A stretch of 58,779 nucleotides of DNA from a virus. Lineage: Duplodnaviria > Caudoviricetes. Below are positions 9,942-20,259 of this stretch, piece by piece. A model generated the notes under the pieces. The model saw nothing but the letters and a program-made list of their open reading frames with translations. It ran no database searches and was not told the DNA's origin. The stretch is taken from positions 1 through 58,779 of IMG/VR virus record IMGVR_UViG_3300022851_000005. One strand, given 5' to 3'. Position 1 is the first letter of the stretch. The number at the start of each line of letters is the position of its first letter. A program made the translations under genes and the position numbers.

Positions 9942-10157
9942 ATGGGTGATATAGCTGATTTTTACTTAGACTCAGCAATGAGCAATGAAGATTTTGATCC
10001 TAGAGATGAGGAGTTTGGAGGTTTACCTGCTTTAGGGTCAGGAGCGTGTCCTAAATGTAAAGGTAGCACAACCTTAAGACAAGGCCCTTATGGGGAATTC
10101 TATGGCTGTTCTTCATTCCCTAAATGTAATGGTACACGAAAAGTACATGGTTGGTAG
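9942..10157 (+). CDS. Topoisomerase-type C4 zinc-finger protein
   Basis: CPKC...RQGPYGEFYGCSSFPKC. Confidence 0.8.
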   Translation: MGDIADFYLDSAMSNEDFDPRDEEFGGLPALGSGACPKCKGSTTLRQGPYGEFYGCSSFPKCNGTRKVHGW

Positions 10158-10176
10158 TTGATATTAAGGAGTATAT

Positions 10177-10800
10177 ATGAAAACGTTAGTAATAGGAGAC
10201 CTACACGGCCAGAAGAATTTAGCAGAAAAAGCTATAGATACAGGATACCCTGTTATATTTGTAGGGGACTATGTAGATTCTTTTAATAAAGATGCGGTTG
10301 CATGTATCGAGACTCTTAAGTTTGTTCTAGAGTCTATAGAGTCTGGGAAGGCTCAAGGACTTTTAGGTAATCATGAGATGAGTTATATAGATGACTCTAT
10401 GAGATGCTCCGGTTATAATCCCCTAACTCATAATATGATTAGACATTTAGATATTAGTAGCTTAAAGAGTTATATGTATGCTGAGGGATTCTTAATTACT
10501 CATGCAGGTATCAGTCAAAACTTATTAAATAGTAATCATATTAATCTAGATGAGTACTTACTTAAAGAAGATTATAATCAGATAGGGAGAAGTCGAGGAG
10601 GTTCCTCTTTATGTGGAGGTCTCTATTGGTGTGACTGGTCAGAGTTTGATCCTGTTGAAGGTGTTGATCAGATTGTAGGGCATTCTAGAGGTAAAGATAT
10701 ACGAGAGAAAAGTAATAACTTCTGTATTGATGTACTAGAGGATTCTAATCCTAGAGGTTTGTTAATAGAAGATGGAGTAGCAGAAATTCTAGAGTTATAA
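10177..10800 (+). CDS. Calcineurin-like metallophosphoesterase
   Basis: GDLHG, GDYVD, GNHE, THAG, GHS. Confidence 0.9.
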   Translation: MKTLVIGDLHGQKNLAEKAIDTGYPVIFVGDYVDSFNKDAVACIETLKFVLESIESGKAQGLLGNHEMSYIDDSMRCSGYNPLTHNMIRHLDISSLKSYMYAEGFLITHAGISQNLLNSNHINLDEYLLKEDYNQIGRSRGGSSLCGGLYWCDWSEFDPVEGVDQIVGHSRGKDIREKSNNFCIDVLEDSNPRGLLIEDGVAEILEL

Positions 10801-10928
10801 TAGAAGAGGTTTCTAGAGCCTTAAAGTCCTCGGCAAGTACAGCCTCTCACATCAAGCTATTAGTGCTGAAATGTTATGCTCAAAGTGTTACGGCGGGGCG
10901 TTTTATAATAATAATAAGGGAAATAGAA

Positions 10929-11327
10929 GTGAATAAAAAATCAGTAAGTCCTAAAAAGTCTTACTCAGATACGTTATACCACGCAAGGGATAGAGAGATT
11001 ATTTTTAATCTTACATATTCAGAATACCTTGAATTATGGTTAGTATCTGGTAAATGGGAATTTAAAGGTACTTCTAAAGGAAGTTATCAGATGTGTAGAT
11101 ATGGGGATACAGGCCCTTATTCTATTAATAACTGTAGAATAGATACTGTAGAAAATAACCAAATGGAAAAGTATACTAAACATGACGGAGGTAATACCCA
11201 AGACATACTTGTAGCATATTTAGAAGGTAGTACTCAAAGGACTATTGCAAATGAATTTAACCTAAGCCAGTCAGGAGTATCTAGAATTATTAATGGTAAG
11301 AGGAGAGTACATGAGCAACGGATTTAA
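10929..11327 (+). CDS. HNH-like endonuclease with C-terminal helix-turn-helix (GTG start at 10929; track extends to 10863)
   Basis: AR.R.I.F.LT..E..W...MCRYGDTGPYSINNC..T..NN; HTH TQRTIANEFNLSQSGVSRII. Confidence 0.6.
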   Translation: MNKKSVSPKKSYSDTLYHARDREIIFNLTYSEYLELWLVSGKWEFKGTSKGSYQMCRYGDTGPYSINNCRIDTVENNQMEKYTKHDGGNTQDILVAYLEGSTQRTIANEFNLSQSGVSRIINGKRRVHEQRI

Positions 11328-13209
11328 AATGGATGAATACCAAAAATTTATTCATAAGTCTAGATATGCACGTTATATAGATAAAGAAAAGAGAAGGGAG
11401 ACTTGGGAAGAGACTGTATCTAGATATATTAACTTCTGGATTAATAGGGGACAACTAAAAGATAAAGAGGCAGGAGAATTATACAAAGCTGTAAGTCATA
11501 TGGAAATAACACCTTCTATGCGATGTATGATGACCGCAGGAGCCGCCTTAGACAGAGACAATGTAGCAGGCTTTAACTGCTCTTATCTCCCTATAGATAG
11601 CCCACGCTCTTTCGATGAACTAATGTACGTACTACTATGTGGTACAGGAGTAGGGTTCTCAGTAGAGCAATCCTATGTAGATAAATTACCAGAAATAGCG
11701 GATACATTTCATGACACAGAATCAACAATCGTTGTTAGCGACAGTAAAATTGGATGGGCGTCTAGCTTTAGAGAACTCATCAGTCTCCTCTACGCAGGAA
11801 AAGTACCAAAGTGTGATCTTACAAGGATCAGACCGGCTGGAGCGAAGCTTAAGATCTTTGGGGGCAGAGCTTCAGGGCCTGAGCCTCTCTCCGACCTATT
11901 TAACTTCACGGTGGATATCTTTAAGAGCGCTGCGGGAAGAAGATTTACAGACCTTGAATGTGCTGATATTGTGTGCAAGATTGCGGACATCGTTGTTGTT
12001 GGGGGAGTTAGACGAAGCGCACTCATTAATCTCAGCGACCTTGGAAGCCAAAGAATGCAGAGAGCCAAGTCTGGCCAATGGTGGATCACTAACGGTCACA
12101 GGGCTTTAGCTAATAATAGCGCAGTCTATACAGAGAAACCAGATTTTGAAACCTTTATCGGAGAAATGGCGAGTCTATATGAAAGTAAATCAGGAGAGAG
12201 AGGAATCTTTTCGAGAGTGGCAGCAAAGAAGATTGCAGGAAAGAACGGTCGCAGGGATTCTAATCACGAGTTTGGTACTAATCCATGCTCTGAAATTATA
12301 CTCCGACCTTATCAGTTCTGTAACCTCTCCGAAGTGGTTGTACGAGAAGGAGATACACTTGAAAGCCTTAAAGAAAAAGTAAGGCTTGCTACAATACTAG
12401 GTACACTACAATCTAGTTTAACGGACTTCAGATATCTACGTAAAATCTGGAAGCGTAACACTGAAGAAGAAGCTCTATTAGGTGTAAGCCTTACAGGGAT
12501 TATGGATCACAAAGTACTAAGTGGTTCAGAGTATCCTGATGATGGATCTAATTTATCTGGGTGGTTACATCAACTTAAGGAGGTCGCAATTGAAACGAAT
12601 AAATTATGGGCTGAAAAGCTTGGCGTTAATATTTCTACTGCCATTACTTGTGTTAAGCCTTCTGGCACTGTTAGTCAGTTGGTGGATAGCAGCTCCGGTA
12701 TTCATCCTCGTTTTGCAGATTATTACATCAGAACCGTCAGAGCCGATAGAAAAGACCCACTTGCTCAAGCTATGGAGTCTTATGGGTTCCCTTGTGAAGA
12801 GGATGTTACAAAGCCTACTAACCTTGTATTCAGCTTTCCTATCAAGGCTCCAGAGGGTTCTACAGTAGTAGAGGACTTTAAAGGTATTGATCAACTTAAT
12901 ATCTGGAAAGTCTATCAAGATCATTGGTGTGAGCACAAGCCTTCTATGACTTGTTACTACAATGAGGATAACTTTTTAGATATGGCTCAATGGACTTGGA
13001 ATAACTTTGACTCTTTAAGCGGGGTATCTTACCTGCCTGAATCAGACCATAACTATAAGCAGGCCCCTTATCAAAAGATAACTGAAGAGGAATATAATAA
13101 TCTAGTAGCTTCTATGCCTACAGGTTTTGATTGGGACATTGAAGAACTAGAAGATGAAACTACAGGTACACAAGAGTTAGCGTGTGTGTCGGGAGTATGT
13201 GAAATATAA
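11311..13209 (+). CDS. nrdJ: Class II (adenosylcobalamin-dependent) ribonucleotide reductase
   Basis: PSMR, FNCS, GTGVGFS, VVVGGVRRSA, NPCSEI, VKPSGT, C-terminal CVSGVCEI; no beta-subunit gene in the genome; RBS aggag before ATG 11311. Confidence 0.92.
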   Translation: MSNGFKMDEYQKFIHKSRYARYIDKEKRRETWEETVSRYINFWINRGQLKDKEAGELYKAVSHMEITPSMRCMMTAGAALDRDNVAGFNCSYLPIDSPRSFDELMYVLLCGTGVGFSVEQSYVDKLPEIADTFHDTESTIVVSDSKIGWASSFRELISLLYAGKVPKCDLTRIRPAGAKLKIFGGRASGPEPLSDLFNFTVDIFKSAAGRRFTDLECADIVCKIADIVVVGGVRRSALINLSDLGSQRMQRAKSGQWWITNGHRALANNSAVYTEKPDFETFIGEMASLYESKSGERGIFSRVAAKKIAGKNGRRDSNHEFGTNPCSEIILRPYQFCNLSEVVVREGDTLESLKEKVRLATILGTLQSSLTDFRYLRKIWKRNTEEEALLGVSLTGIMDHKVLSGSEYPDDGSNLSGWLHQLKEVAIETNKLWAEKLGVNISTAITCVKPSGTVSQLVDSSSGIHPRFADYYIRTVRADRKDPLAQAMESYGFPCEEDVTKPTNLVFSFPIKAPEGSTVVEDFKGIDQLNIWKVYQDHWCEHKPSMTCYYNEDNFLDMAQWTWNNFDSLSGVSYLPESDHNYKQAPYQKITEEEYNNLVASMPTGFDWDIEELEDETTGTQELACVSGVCEI

Positions 13210-13376
13210 TGTGGGAATATAAAATAGAGAGCTTTGTAACAGGCTCTATAGACGGTAAGACCTCTGCTATTAACCATCATGGTTTAGAGGGTTGGGAGTT
13301 GATCTCAGTAAACGATTTAAAATACTTTGTATTTAAAAGAAAAATAATAAAAACAAAACTAAAGAATAAGGTTTAA
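13209..13376 (+). CDS. DUF4177-like small protein (55 aa, not in ORF track)
   Basis: MWEYK...NHHGLEGWELISV...FVFKR; TAATG-coupled to nrdJ. Confidence 0.65.
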   Translation: MWEYKIESFVTGSIDGKTSAINHHGLEGWELISVNDLKYFVFKRKIIKTKLKNKV

Positions 13377-13381
13377 TAATA

Positions 13382-13726
13382 ATGAAAAGTAAAGATAATA
13401 ATAATAATAATGTCCCAGATATTTGGGAACCAGTAACTATAACTGATCTACTTAACATGAACTCTCCTACTCCTATGGAGGAAGCTTATAAAAACCTTGA
13501 GACACCTAAAAGTACAATGGACTCTTTAGATCTCTCAGGTACTGAAATAAACCCTGAAGATATTGCTAACTTACTTCAAGGCCCTGATACACGCACATTA
13601 GATTATGATAAGATTACTACAGTAGAACACTTGAAGACAGTATTTAAAGGCTTAGACTTAGTAGTAGACTATAGGTTCGCTAGTGAAGAGCTTAAAAAGT
13701 TTCTTAAGGATAAAGATGAAGCCTAA
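13382..13726 (+). CDS. Hypothetical protein
   Basis: ORF in operon context. Confidence 0.55.
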   Translation: MKSKDNNNNNVPDIWEPVTITDLLNMNSPTPMEEAYKNLETPKSTMDSLDLSGTEINPEDIANLLQGPDTRTLDYDKITTVEHLKTVFKGLDLVVDYRFASEELKKFLKDKDEA

Positions 13727-13952
13727 AGATACAGAGACTAAACCGCCTATTAAGGAGGCTACCTTTGTAGGCTTTAAGCTTATGATAGTAGACGGTCAGA
13801 TTATGACAGAGATAACTGATGTACCTAATAAACGGATTGCACATCTCTTTAAGCCTTCTGATTGGATACTTCTAAATGCTGCGATCAATGCAGCACGTAG
13901 AGGTGTTAACGATACTGTGAAAGGTATCGAGAGAGAGATAGGGAGTTTTTAA
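13716..13952 (+). CDS. Hypothetical protein
   Basis: RBS aagga before ATG 13716 (track start 13683). Confidence 0.55.
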   Translation: MKPKDTETKPPIKEATFVGFKLMIVDGQIMTEITDVPNKRIAHLFKPSDWILLNAAINAARRGVNDTVKGIEREIGSF

Positions 13953-14046
13953 ATGTTATTTGCTTTTGGGTTCGTATTAAGTATACTATACTTATCTCTT
14001 ATTTTAACTGAAATTGAAGCGACTAAAAAATCAAAGGAGGATTAAA

Positions 14047-14244
14047 ATGAAAGTAAAAGATTTACTATGTGCATTAAAAGACATACATCCTGATATGCCT
14101 GTAGTACTGGAAGCAGATCATGGTCATACTACAATGCATAGTACTCACTGCGGTACTATAAGCGTGGAAGACTCTTCTGGATATTATATGGAACACTGTT
14201 ACGATGGTGACGGTAGTGAAGTATTCTTAATAGAAGGTTATTAA
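14047..14244 (+). CDS. Hypothetical protein, last gene of the + arm
   Basis: Strong RBS aaggagg before ATG 14047; MKVKDLL..L...PDMPV. Confidence 0.65.
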   Translation: MKVKDLLCALKDIHPDMPVVLEADHGHTTMHSTHCGTISVEDSSGYYMEHCYDGDGSEVFLIEGY

Positions 14245-14609
14245 TAACTCCAAGACCCTTTAAGCATATCGGCTTTGTCTAGGTGTAAAAACCTAGCAGA
14301 GCCTTTCTGATTCCATCCTATTCTTCTACAGCCTAAAGAGTACGCTATACTAGTTAACTCTATAACATCTACTCCTCTCACCTTTATATCAACTGCTAAG
14401 CCCGTAGTATGAGCACCGGGATAGTCTTTCTTTTTCTCTATAGGATGCTCAGGACACCTATAACCACTACTAATAACTATAGGCTTACCAAATGTAAACC
14501 TTACAGTATCTAACCACTCCATAAACTCTTGATTCCAAGCAGAGCCTCCACAATGCTGACAGAGCATTTCAGACTCTTTAAAGTATTTAGATTCTTTCAT
14601 ATTATCCAT
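14241..14609 (-). CDS. Peptidase M15A-family endolysin
   Basis: SSGYRCPEH, AHTTGLAVDI, FLHLD Zn ligands. Confidence 0.88.
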   Translation of the reverse strand: MDNMKESKYFKESEMLCQHCGGSAWNQEFMEWLDTVRFTFGKPIVISSGYRCPEHPIEKKKDYPGAHTTGLAVDIKVRGVDVIELTSIAYSLGCRRIGWNQKGSARFLHLDKADMLKGSWSY

Positions 14610-17600
14610 ACCTTCGAGCTAATGCCCTAGTTAAATTTGAACCTTTATTCACTTTTATTTCATTAGGGGCTTTATTTATACCTACATTATTAGTACCTTC
14701 AGTTAAACCACCTATAGGAGTTTGCACCTGCCCACCATAACGCTTCTGTAACCTAGCTTTGACATAGCCTCCTTTAGCCTTTTGGACTCTAGGATCACTA
14801 GACATCCCAGCAGCAGCCAACTTTATCTGCTCAGGATCAAAGACTATATAAGAACGTCCTGATCCTTTCTTACTAGAAGACTCTCCCATATTTTTATAAT
14901 CTATCCCATCAAATCCGAGTTCCTTAAGATATTCTTTAAAAGATCTATTAACTCTGTAGCTTTCCATCTCATTAGCAAGATAAGCACCAGCATTAGTATA
15001 TTCTTCCTGTATTGCTCCAGTAGCTTCTTCAAGTGACCCGGTATATATTTTATCCAATCTTTCAATATCTATAGGCCCTACCTCTTTTTCAATAGCCTCT
15101 AAGAAGCTATTAGGTTCTCTTTCTGTACCGAAAGCATCAAGATACTTATCTACAGTATCTAAGTCTACACCTTCGTCTAGAAGGCTATCTACTAGGTTAT
15201 CGTCCTGATCACCCATCAACTTCATATCTATATATTCAAATACCCCGTCCTCTAGATCTTCAGGCACATTAGCATTCTCCCAGAATGTAGGATCAGTATC
15301 TAATTGAGCTATTATCTTATCAGTACTTTTAGGCCCTTTAGAATTAATAGCCTTCCTCATATCCGCAATTATAGCTCTAGCATCCCAATCAGAAACGTCA
15401 TCATTAATTACTAAAGGCTTCTTAATATTAACATAGTATTCTGTTAGAGCTGATTCTGAAGCCGTACCCTTTCTTTCAAACTCTTTTAGTAAAGTAGACT
15501 CACTAGCTCTAGGTACTCCACTCTTATCAGCTACTCCTACATGTTTTAATAGTAGACTTTGAGGCTGGTTTCTATCAGACCCTACATGCGTACTTATCTC
15601 TCTAGGGTTAAACATAGAGATTAAGAAGTCCCTTGCAGGTTCTTGAGAAGTAGTTGCTCTGAATACAGACTTCTTGACTACAGAGTCCTTTAAGAATTCC
15701 TCTGGAGAAACCTTAGTATTTTTAGAGAATACTCTAGATCTAGGGATTGGTTTAATAGCATCCTCTACATCATCAATGAAATCTTTATCAAAACCATACT
15801 CATCTATAATAGCTTGGAACTCTGCTTTCTGTTCGTCTTTTAATATGAAGTCGTCAATCGTTTGAAGCACATCAGTTCTTATATCTGTTTTAGATTCTAA
15901 GTTATCTAAAGCTGCTCTACTTTGAGGTATAACATTCTTATATACATCTGCGTCGTCTAGTTGTCTCCATGAATCAGAGTACTCTGTATCGGATACTAAG
16001 CTCTTTGAAGTATATAGAGAACGGTTATCATCAGCATAGATATTAGATATATCTTCTTTAGTAGCTAAGGCTACCTTAGTACTTACAGGACTCTCTCCTT
16101 TAGATTGCTTAATAATATTTTGTACAATCAAATGAGTCTGATCTTTTTGAGGCTCTAACCCATCGCGTTTAATTATATCTTGAGCCTGCTTAGACTCTAT
16201 AGGTAGTATATCATCGTAGTTACCTGAGTCCTTATTACCTTTTTTCTCTAAGCGAGCTTTAGAGATACTCTTATTAGAATTCATATAAGATACGCGAGTA
16301 GGTACTAAGAAGTCATCTTCATTCAAAGCATTAACCGCTAAACTATCCCCCGCTCTTACTATAGCAGCTTCGTCTATAGAGTTCTTAAAATACTTCTGTA
16401 TTGGAGGTGCCATCTTTTTAACTATACCACCAAGGACATATTGCTGCCTTGTAACCCATCCACCTTCTCTGAATCCCATTCTAGATAAAGGATCTTCTCC
16501 TGCGTCTACTGAGTAAGGATGACCTGTTAACTTATTGATACGCTCAGAGGGATCAGAAGGGGCGTTAGGTACTGATACATAACCACCTTCTGCTTTAAGT
16601 ATTCGTTTATCCTCTTCATCTATATTTCCTTTTTCATCTACTGTATCTAGAGTTTCTAAACTAGTCGCTAACATTTGTCCGTAAGCGTCAAAAATCCCTG
16701 ATATAGTCTCATTTTCTTTACCCTCTACTTCATCATAATCATGACGTAGATCTGAGAACGTTTTACCAAACAAGTTCATTAGCATAGCATCGCTAGGTTC
16801 TTTAGGCATAAAGAGACCAGCCATAATATAAGAGGCCTTGTCTTCTCCTAACTGTTCTTCTAATTGTATATAAGCAGCACCACGCCCTATAAACATAGAG
16901 GCAGCATTAAATTGTTCGTATAGATCTTGCTGTAGCCTAAAATCCTCTTTATGACTGCCTATGTACTGCTCTATAATATCTCCACCAGTCTTCTCAAAAT
17001 TAGGCTGGTAACTTACTAGATCTTGAGACCTTACAACATAACTAGTCGTAGCATTCTTTAGGTTAAATTCAGGATCAACTTTAGTAAACTTAATACCTAA
17101 AAGGTTAGTCATTAACTCAGAAGGTATATCCTTAGTCTGATGGCCTCCTGTTCTGTGTACTTTACCTATAGATGCCTCGTATAGTCCTTTAGCACTCATA
17201 ATAGAACCGGGAGTTACAGAAGCTATAAGGTGGCCTACGGCATCAAAAGCCTGTTCAGATCTATCTTTACCGGGCTCAAAGATACCCTTACCGTTAGCAG
17301 TACGTCCTTCTGGATTAGTAGAAGCGTATATTAAGTCTGTCATAGCAGTAGTAATAATACTACCGGATAGGTAAGGGCTTAATACCTTTTCCATACCCCT
17401 TAAAGCAGCATCAGTTAAATATTCATCAAGATCTTTACCTTGCTTGTTACCGTCATAGATCTCTTGAGCAATAGCAATGAAAGGTTCTGTAATAGTAGAG
17501 TAAGAGTTAAGAAACTGTGTATCATTGGCCCATAGGTCTCCAGTCTCTGAGTCTCTATAGTAGATTCTTTCAGACTCTTTAGACCAAGGAGTCTCAGTAG

Positions 17601-20259
17601 TCTTATCAGCAGCTCTCTTCTCATCAGGAGACATACCATTAAGCGCGGCAGAACCATAACCTACCCCAGCCCATGTACCTGTAGAGCCTATATAGCCTCC
17701 TAGTCTTTTAAGTCCTCTATTACGTATAGTCTCATTACCACTATTAATCTCTTTAGAAGCCTGCTTAATAATATTAACAGATGTTCTTGTGATTTCAGCA
17801 GGGAAAGAAAAGAAGTTACCTACTGGTAATTCCTTTAGGGCTTTAATACCTTTAGGTACTCTATCGTAATTAGGGAATGTATTTTTTATTATCTCGGATG
17901 CTTCAGCCTCTAGTACCTCTATAGGCGTACCGGGATTAGCAGCCTTTAAAGTCTCTAGTTCATTATGGAACCCATGTATTTTAAAGAAGTCATCCGTAGC
18001 CATGTACGTCTGTTCTAGTACTCTATCAGTCTTTTGAACGGCTCCATATCTTTTAGATAGCTCATCTATCTTACCTATAAGAGCATCACCTTGAGCATTA
18101 ACAGCGGTATCCATAAGCTCTCGGAATTCACCTACATTCACAGATGTATTGATTATACCTAGACCTTGGTACTTTTCATACATAGTATTTAAAGCTTTAT
18201 CTCCTCCTTCAAGTATTTCATTCTTAAGCATACCTGTAATATGATCCCCTTCTTTAGAAAAAGGAGACATACCATTAGCCACGCCGAACTGAAGCCCGCC
18301 TAAATAGTTTCTTAATTGTGTAACATGACTATAAATTGTTTTAGTCTTTTGAGAGAAAGCTTTAGCAGCTAGAAATTTACGCCCTGCTGACTTCATAAAC
18401 TTCATCATACCGGGATCGTCACCACCTTCTCTTAGGTTCCAGATCTTACCTTCTTTGTTCTTAATAGCAGAGAGCATCTCTGGAGTAGTATAAAGACCAT
18501 CTAAGGCTGAGTTAGTACCCTCAATCTTAGCACTGAATATCTTATTATCTGGTACGCTCTTAGCATCAAAGATATATTTACCTCGGCCTAGTTTATTCAA
18601 TGTATCTAGAAATTTATAAGTCTCTGTTACTTGAGACATCTTCTGAACAGACAACATTATCTTTTCACTAGGTTCAGTAACTTCTCCGAGTAGTGCTCTT
18701 ACTGGATCATCAATATCCTTCTTACCTTGAAATATACCTTTATTAATTCTAGATACAGCATCAAAATAGTTTCTTTCTTCTTGAGTAGTTTCTCCTAAAA
18801 TATCGCCTACCATAGCCCTACCCATAGCTTCAGATTCTTCTAAAGTTACAGCTCCTGCTTGAGACTTAAAAGCTCTATCAGCAAAGTATCTCTCTGCGTC
18901 TCTTCTTACTTTATCATTAGGCTTATAATTAACGTCCTCAAAGAGTCTATAAGATCTTGTAGTATACTTGCCTATATTGTCTGCAATTATCGCTTTGGCT
19001 TTAGGGTCTACTACATTAGTTCCTAGTATAGTATTAGAAAGATCGTCGATAAGGTCACGGGCTTCTAAGACTTCAGAAGCTATATCCATATCTAGGTCAT
19101 GATACTTAGCAAAAGCCTCTACTCTGTCTTCAGGCTTAACTCCATCTAAAAACTTAATCCCTTCATTGAAAGCCGTATTGATATTAGCTATATTTTTCTC
19201 TACTAAATCAGTAGGGAGTTTATCCATAGCTATCTTCATGCGAGTAGCAATATGCTGAGCTTTCGTATCTAGTTTTCGTTTAGCAGCTTTAGCACCTTGA
19301 AAGGCATCATAGGCTTTAGGTTCTAAGTAACCTCTAGACGTAAAGATCTGTTGTTTAATTTTAGAAATAAATGAAGAGTTCTGGTTGATTATTTGAACAG
19401 GAGCTTCTTGCTTAAAAGAACGTTCTTGTTCTGTAAGCATTCTCCACGAACCTGTCTCTCGATCTTTAACGACCATAGGGCCTATAGGTAGCTCGTCTAC
19501 TTCTTTACCTGAAGGCATAACGGATTTGAGGTAATCATAGACACTACTTGCTTGTAACTTAGTACTCATCTCTGAGAAACTTTTACCCGTTGACCTTTTA
19601 ATCATACCAAACATTTTAGGAGCTGTTTGGAAAGCCGTCTCGAATGTACCTCCTAATATAGCCCCTTCAATAAGTAATTTAGCCCTCTTCTCAAGGATAC
19701 TATTATCCTCTTGAGCGCTTAGTGCCTCGAATAAAGGTTCTGCAAGAGAGTCCTGCATAAGAGGACTAACTATATTAAATATATTTTCATCAGAATCTGC
19801 ATACACTTGGTCTACTACTATACCTGAAGTAACACCAGCAACGAATGAGCCAGATCCTAAAGCTTTTAAGCCTGTAAAAGCAGCACCGCCACCTGTACCG
19901 AATCCAGCAGCCATAGGTATTAACTCACCAATAGTTGAAGCCCACGGAGAATCCTCGCCCCTTGCTCTAAAGAACTCGGCAGCCTCTTCTTGCTTATCAG
20001 ATATAGAGTTTAAGTAGTCCGAGATTTTATTCTCACCAGCTACTATTTCACCTGTATCAGCCACAGCCTCAAGAAGATTACCTCCTAAATCTGAGAAGCC
20101 TACAGCAACTCCTGTAGCAAAGTCCTCAAATGTTCCTGATTGTTGTGCTACTTGAGTTCTAGCTATCTTAGCTTTTAACTCTTCGTCTGTAACGTCTTCG
20201 GGAACATCCTTGTACATTTTCCCATCAATGGTCGCAGTACGCGTTTTAACTTCTTCCAT
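14602..20259 (-). CDS. Large internal virion/ejection protein with C-terminal ART-PolyVal-like ADP-ribosyltransferase domain
   Basis: 1885 aa, last structural gene; DDFFK...NTFPNY..VP..IKALK.LP.GNFFSFPAE core; C-terminal VFRAT, YVNIKKP, LGFDGIDYKN, YIVFDPEQIK. Confidence 0.75.
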   Translation of the reverse strand: MEEVKTRTATIDGKMYKDVPEDVTDEELKAKIARTQVAQQSGTFEDFATGVAVGFSDLGGNLLEAVADTGEIVAGENKISDYLNSISDKQEEAAEFFRARGEDSPWASTIGELIPMAAGFGTGGGAAFTGLKALGSGSFVAGVTSGIVVDQVYADSDENIFNIVSPLMQDSLAEPLFEALSAQEDNSILEKRAKLLIEGAILGGTFETAFQTAPKMFGMIKRSTGKSFSEMSTKLQASSVYDYLKSVMPSGKEVDELPIGPMVVKDRETGSWRMLTEQERSFKQEAPVQIINQNSSFISKIKQQIFTSRGYLEPKAYDAFQGAKAAKRKLDTKAQHIATRMKIAMDKLPTDLVEKNIANINTAFNEGIKFLDGVKPEDRVEAFAKYHDLDMDIASEVLEARDLIDDLSNTILGTNVVDPKAKAIIADNIGKYTTRSYRLFEDVNYKPNDKVRRDAERYFADRAFKSQAGAVTLEESEAMGRAMVGDILGETTQEERNYFDAVSRINKGIFQGKKDIDDPVRALLGEVTEPSEKIMLSVQKMSQVTETYKFLDTLNKLGRGKYIFDAKSVPDNKIFSAKIEGTNSALDGLYTTPEMLSAIKNKEGKIWNLREGGDDPGMMKFMKSAGRKFLAAKAFSQKTKTIYSHVTQLRNYLGGLQFGVANGMSPFSKEGDHITGMLKNEILEGGDKALNTMYEKYQGLGIINTSVNVGEFRELMDTAVNAQGDALIGKIDELSKRYGAVQKTDRVLEQTYMATDDFFKIHGFHNELETLKAANPGTPIEVLEAEASEIIKNTFPNYDRVPKGIKALKELPVGNFFSFPAEITRTSVNIIKQASKEINSGNETIRNRGLKRLGGYIGSTGTWAGVGYGSAALNGMSPDEKRAADKTTETPWSKESERIYYRDSETGDLWANDTQFLNSYSTITEPFIAIAQEIYDGNKQGKDLDEYLTDAALRGMEKVLSPYLSGSIITTAMTDLIYASTNPEGRTANGKGIFEPGKDRSEQAFDAVGHLIASVTPGSIMSAKGLYEASIGKVHRTGGHQTKDIPSELMTNLLGIKFTKVDPEFNLKNATTSYVVRSQDLVSYQPNFEKTGGDIIEQYIGSHKEDFRLQQDLYEQFNAASMFIGRGAAYIQLEEQLGEDKASYIMAGLFMPKEPSDAMLMNLFGKTFSDLRHDYDEVEGKENETISGIFDAYGQMLATSLETLDTVDEKGNIDEEDKRILKAEGGYVSVPNAPSDPSERINKLTGHPYSVDAGEDPLSRMGFREGGWVTRQQYVLGGIVKKMAPPIQKYFKNSIDEAAIVRAGDSLAVNALNEDDFLVPTRVSYMNSNKSISKARLEKKGNKDSGNYDDILPIESKQAQDIIKRDGLEPQKDQTHLIVQNIIKQSKGESPVSTKVALATKEDISNIYADDNRSLYTSKSLVSDTEYSDSWRQLDDADVYKNVIPQSRAALDNLESKTDIRTDVLQTIDDFILKDEQKAEFQAIIDEYGFDKDFIDDVEDAIKPIPRSRVFSKNTKVSPEEFLKDSVVKKSVFRATTSQEPARDFLISMFNPREISTHVGSDRNQPQSLLLKHVGVADKSGVPRASESTLLKEFERKGTASESALTEYYVNIKKPLVINDDVSDWDARAIIADMRKAINSKGPKSTDKIIAQLDTDPTFWENANVPEDLEDGVFEYIDMKLMGDQDDNLVDSLLDEGVDLDTVDKYLDAFGTEREPNSFLEAIEKEVGPIDIERLDKIYTGSLEEATGAIQEEYTNAGAYLANEMESYRVNRSFKEYLKELGFDGIDYKNMGESSSKKGSGRSYIVFDPEQIKLAAAGMSSDPRVQKAKGGYVKARLQKRYGGQVQTPIGGLTEGTNNVGINKAPNEIKVNKGSNLTRALARRYG

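Noticed and set aside
10800-10905. HDV-like ribozyme suggested by TCCTCG
   Set aside because: No P3 abutting P1 and no GG for P1.1 after the 3' strand of P1
11711-13280. Several alternate-frame and antisense ORFs inside nrdJ
   Set aside because: No RBS or motifs; expected shadows of a long coding region
14241-14244. Bidirectional terminator at the arm convergence
   Set aside because: The two stop codons overlap (TTAA) and no hairpin with U-tracts is evident
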